Origin: a virus
Taxonomy: Duplodnaviria; Caudoviricetes
DNA length: 64,000 nt
Virus record (IMG/VR): IMGVR_UViG_3300028581_000010
Reading direction: 5' to 3' (one strand)
The notes under the pieces were generated by a model, which saw only the letters and a program-made list of their open reading frames with translations, was not told the origin of the DNA and did not search any database. Below, piece after piece: positions 60,799 to 64,000 of this stretch (its first letter is position 1; every line of letters begins with the position of its first letter). Made by a program: the position numbers and the translations under genes.

Positions 60799-62823
60799 TT
60801 ACGAAAAGTCGATCAATAAGAGCGTGGATACCTCTTTAGTCGTCGCGCCGGTCGGAATGCTGCCGTACAGCGCCCCATCGCGCAGCTTGGTCCCAACGCT
60901 GCCCTTGAGTTTTATGTTGCTTGGTACCATGTGCAACGGTGTATCACCTGTACCAAATGTGAGATCAGGCGCTAGATCCGCGCTCCAGGTTGGGCACTGA
61001 GCCACGCAGAACAATCTACGCGTATAGTCGCGGTAATAGTCCGGGTCCACCTGCTGCGTGGGGCGGCCACCGGGCGCAAACGTGTCAAACCAGTATGTGC
61101 CTGTAGGTTGAGTTACGTCGGTATCAAGCGTAACCACCGACCCAACTATGTTAGAAATAGTGTATAGCGAGTTTGTACCCCTAAAACGCAGCTGCTGCCC
61201 CACCCGCAGCCCTGCCTCTTCTCCGCTGTTAGCTATGGTTATGTCCGCCTCACCCTCCGTAGCTGTGGCCTCCACATTATACGCCGATGGAACAGCTGCG
61301 TAGCTGGCAGTGCTGCCATCAGCAGCGAAGGTACCAGCAAGGCCCTCCACAGCTATTGAAGAATTTAACCTGTCTAGGTGCTCCTGCGGCATGCCAAGGT
61401 CAATCAGATATAAAAGGTAAACATGCGCGGGTAGATGCTTTCTAAGTAAGCTGTTAAGCCCAAAAAAGTATTCGAACTGGCTGATGTTCAGGAATTTAAG
61501 CTTTAGCAGCGTGGTATTATTTTTAAAAAAGTTGGCGAATAAAAAGTCAACAGGCTTGATAAAAGTCTTGGCCACACCTGTAAGCCCCAGCGCAGCCTTG
61601 GCCTTCTCCTTGTTTGCAGGTAGGTTCATATGCTTATGAAACTCGGCGACGTCTGGTCCACGCCCCTCTACAGGAAAAACGATGTCGCCGGCCGCATTCA
61701 CAGACACCGGTTCTAGCGCAGTAGAGAAAAATAGCTGGTACTTGTAGTTACCGACGAACATATGGTTGGGTAGGCCTAACTTAGGAACAGCCAGGTCTGA
61801 CGTCCACCACTCGCTGCGACGTGCAGCATCCACCATGAGAATAGCGTCTACCAGCTGATCTCCAGCATGCACCACAGTGCCGGGCGCCAGGCCCGAAGCC
61901 AACGTATAACCAACGTCGAATAGATATGCAGATTTATCTGTTATAACGTGCAGTCCCAGTGTGTCCGTATATGAGGATTCCAACGTCTCAGCTGCCATAC
62001 GCACCTGGTCTACACCCATTAAAGCTGAGAGGAGCTGCGCAACCTGCTTAACTGTAGGACCCGAGGCACAAAGTCCTACTGCGGCCTCCATAATCTTCTT
62101 ATAAGCGTCGCTGCTCTCCAGCTTAAGCTCGAAGATTGTGCCAAAATTGTTCTGAATGAGCTGTGTGTCTTCTCCTGCGTTGTACAACCATAGAATTATG
62201 AACTCGTCTGCTTGAACAACCCCAGATTTATCCACAAACGTAATTGGTGCACCAAAGTCAGAGATGAGCGCTGACTTAGCGAAGCCGGCGTTGTCAAATG
62301 GGTTGCTATTGAGGTAAAGTACGCCACGCTCCAGCACCGCGTCCACTCCGTTAAGATACATCACAGTTGGGTCTAATACTCTATCAGCGATAATGGAAAA
62401 TGACTTTAGCTCTGTTGGTAGACTTACACTAAAAATGCTGCCAGATGTGTCTTTTGGGTACCCAAACTGAAAGATTTTACCCGCATAAAAAACATCTAGC
62501 TCAGGCTGCGTACCAAACACAGCGCCGTCAGGTGCAAAGCGGAATGGAGCTAGATTAAGCTCGGACTTCTTCACTATAACAGGAAGCCAGCGCTCTCTAT
62601 GCAGAATCGGTATGTCGTGTACCGAGTACGAGGCTACGGTCTCCACAAGGTTGTAATAGCTTTGTATGAGTTCCTCAGCCATACCGATAGTGTAACCCTT
62701 GATAAACTCCTTGTCAGCAAAGATGCTGGTCCAAAAAGATCCTAACCCGCGAGTGAGCCGCCTATAGTTCGTCCTATAGTCTCCAACTCCGTAAGTTTCT
62801 GGAAGCGTTTGTGCGTAGTCCAT
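60799..62823 (-). CDS. putative baseplate wedge protein
   Basis: Follows the baseplate J-like gene. LGSFW N-terminus and ..LRKHLPAHV.. pattern. Confidence 0.5.
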   Translation of the reverse strand: MDYAQTLPETYGVGDYRTNYRRLTRGLGSFWTSIFADKEFIKGYTIGMAEELIQSYYNLVETVASYSVHDIPILHRERWLPVIVKKSELNLAPFRFAPDGAVFGTQPELDVFYAGKIFQFGYPKDTSGSIFSVSLPTELKSFSIIADRVLDPTVMYLNGVDAVLERGVLYLNSNPFDNAGFAKSALISDFGAPITFVDKSGVVQADEFIILWLYNAGEDTQLIQNNFGTIFELKLESSDAYKKIMEAAVGLCASGPTVKQVAQLLSALMGVDQVRMAAETLESSYTDTLGLHVITDKSAYLFDVGYTLASGLAPGTVVHAGDQLVDAILMVDAARRSEWWTSDLAVPKLGLPNHMFVGNYKYQLFFSTALEPVSVNAAGDIVFPVEGRGPDVAEFHKHMNLPANKEKAKAALGLTGVAKTFIKPVDFLFANFFKNNTTLLKLKFLNISQFEYFFGLNSLLRKHLPAHVYLLYLIDLGMPQEHLDRLNSSIAVEGLAGTFAADGSTASYAAVPSAYNVEATATEGEADITIANSGEEAGLRVGQQLRFRGTNSLYTISNIVGSVVTLDTDVTQPTGTYWFDTFAPGGRPTQQVDPDYYRDYTRRLFCVAQCPTWSADLAPDLTFGTGDTPLHMVPSNIKLKGSVGTKLRDGALYGSIPTGATTKEVSTLLLIDFS

Positions 62824-64000
62824 TACAGTAACGATATGCCTATACTATCGATAGTCTGTGCGCCTGCTGCGTCAGACTGATAGTAGTCTATGAAATATTG
62901 CGTTGTCTTTGGTGATATGCCTTTAGCTAAATTTGTCGGAATTATGAGCTCGTCATCACTATCAATATATAGGCTAGTGCCATCATTACACAAAATAGCC
63001 CCATGCATCTCAATAGGAAGGTCGACGCGCTTGATATTGTAATTGTGGCATATGTCTATAATTCTAGACGCCTCCAGCGTTTCACCAAACGGAATAGTAT
63101 TTACATAGTTAAAGATGCTTTGCTTTAAAGCGGACAGCCCGAGCGACTCGACAGTGTCACCTATATTCTTACGCACCAGTGATATGTTTAACGACACAAA
63201 ACAAGGCAGGGCTGCTTTAACAAGATAGTCTGCGCACAGTACGCGAGAGTCGTCGGCGAGGAACATGTCTTGTATATCACCTACATATGGCATGTGGCTG
63301 ACGAGCACGTTCAAGCTCTGATGTGCACCGACCAATGCCGTAGGTACCTCAGAGTAATTAAAGGTCACCTTAGCTGTCTGGTAGCGCGTAAAGCGCGCCT
63401 CTGTGGCGTTGTTGACCTCGTTGTTACGGGCAGTTGGAGTGAAGCTATACCCGTATTCTACGTTTGTAACTTCAAGTGACCCTCCCAGCAGAATACTTGT
63501 GTCAATTGGGAGTACGGACACTATCTTGTAAAAACCTGGCGCGTCAGTTGCATCTAGCTGCAGCTCCCAGGTACCGGGAGCCGTCTTAGTCGCTGTCTTC
63601 ACCAGCTCTAGAAGAGCTGCATTGACGTTGGTCCGGACATATATGTCGGCTTTACCAAGCGTGGCTATTCCGAGCGCATTCTGCTTGTCGCGCAAGAGTT
63701 CGCTGTCAGCTGCACCACAGGCTGATAATGTCTGGAAGGTTGGGTATATCTGCTTAAGTTTTGTTTGAATACCTGCCGGGGAATCTAGCCTATTCGAACC
63801 AAAGTCCACCTTGATCTTGTTCAGCAGGGCCAGATCATCGTCCTTTTCCAGCCCTCCAGTAAAATTACCATAAGCGACAGCCTTAACGAAATTTTGGATG
63901 TACCCAAAAGAGGACAGCTGTAGTACAGTGCCGGACGAAATTGCGTACTTACTGCCGACCTCAGCAGCGACCACATCTACAATGAAATAGCTGAGGCTTC
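62823..64000 (-). CDS. baseplate J/gp6-like wedge protein (5' end beyond the window)
   Basis: Frame open to the window edge. GGLEKDDD..L..I, S..G and ..L.RDK..G.ADIYVRT pattern. Confidence 0.55.
   Translation of the reverse strand, partial: SLSYFIVDVVAAEVGSKYAISSGTVLQLSSFGYIQNFVKAVAYGNFTGGLEKDDDLALLNKIKVDFGSNRLDSPAGIQTKLKQIYPTFQTLSACGAADSELLRDKQNALGIATLGKADIYVRTNVNAALLELVKTATKTAPGTWELQLDATDAPGFYKIVSVLPIDTSILLGGSLEVTNVEYGYSFTPTARNNEVNNATEARFTRYQTAKVTFNYSEVPTALVGAHQSLNVLVSHMPYVGDIQDMFLADDSRVLCADYLVKAALPCFVSLNISLVRKNIGDTVESLGLSALKQSIFNYVNTIPFGETLEASRIIDICHNYNIKRVDLPIEMHGAILCNDGTSLYIDSDDELIIPTNLAKGISPKTTQYFIDYYQSDAAGAQTIDSIGISLL

Noticed and set aside
1078-63479. Numerous plus-strand ORFs antisense to minus-strand genes (e.g. 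13255-14046, 19630-20067, 31734-32207)
   Set aside because: They are typical antisense shadows of codon-biased genes, with no motifs or initiation context.
1-64000. CRISPR array, cas genes, rRNA genes, reverse transcriptase/DGR
   Set aside because: I saw no regularly spaced repeat-spacer units, no rRNA signature sequences and no RT motifs.
1-64000. Stop-codon reassignment
   Set aside because: Core genes (polA, dnaB, sbcC, terL) are full length under code 11, TAA, TAG and TGA all terminate genes, and no suppressor anticodon was found.

Overview
This 64 kb window is part of a large (jumbo-like) tailed dsDNA phage genome in the standard genetic code, mostly encoded on the minus strand. From left to right it contains six blocks. 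(1) An RNA-repair/nucleotide-processing cluster: Rnl2-type RNA ligase, RlaP-like nucleotidyltransferase, NDT-like protein, NUDIX hydrolase, metallophosphoesterase and 2H phosphoesterase. (2) Recombination genes (RuvC, RecA, putative SSB) next to an apparent phage-encoded ubiquitin-like conjugation operon: a ThiS/MoaD-like Ubl ending LVGG plus a 15-aa propeptide, a 730-aa unknown protein, an acidic protein, a JAB/JAMM protease and a ThiF/E1. (3) A replisome block: UDG-fused family A polymerase, DnaB, primase, UvsW-like helicase and SbcCD. (4) A Ycf46 AAA+ / DUF3150 / DUF1257 / DUF2997 / WGR module whose ATPase is split by a group I intron encoding a LAGLIDADG endonuclease, followed by the terminase large subunit. 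(5) An RNA-rich region with six tRNAs, a tmRNA carrying a 30-residue tag, and at least seven unexplained structured non-coding elements, including a 6S-like rod, a ~500-nt multi-hairpin RNA and a tRNA-like mimic. (6) The start of a myovirus-like tail/baseplate module with five tandem paralogues. The strongest candidates for novelty are the Ubl-JAB-E1 operon and the ncRNA island. All family assignments come from motifs read by eye, and all RNA structures were paired by hand. No database search or folding program was run.
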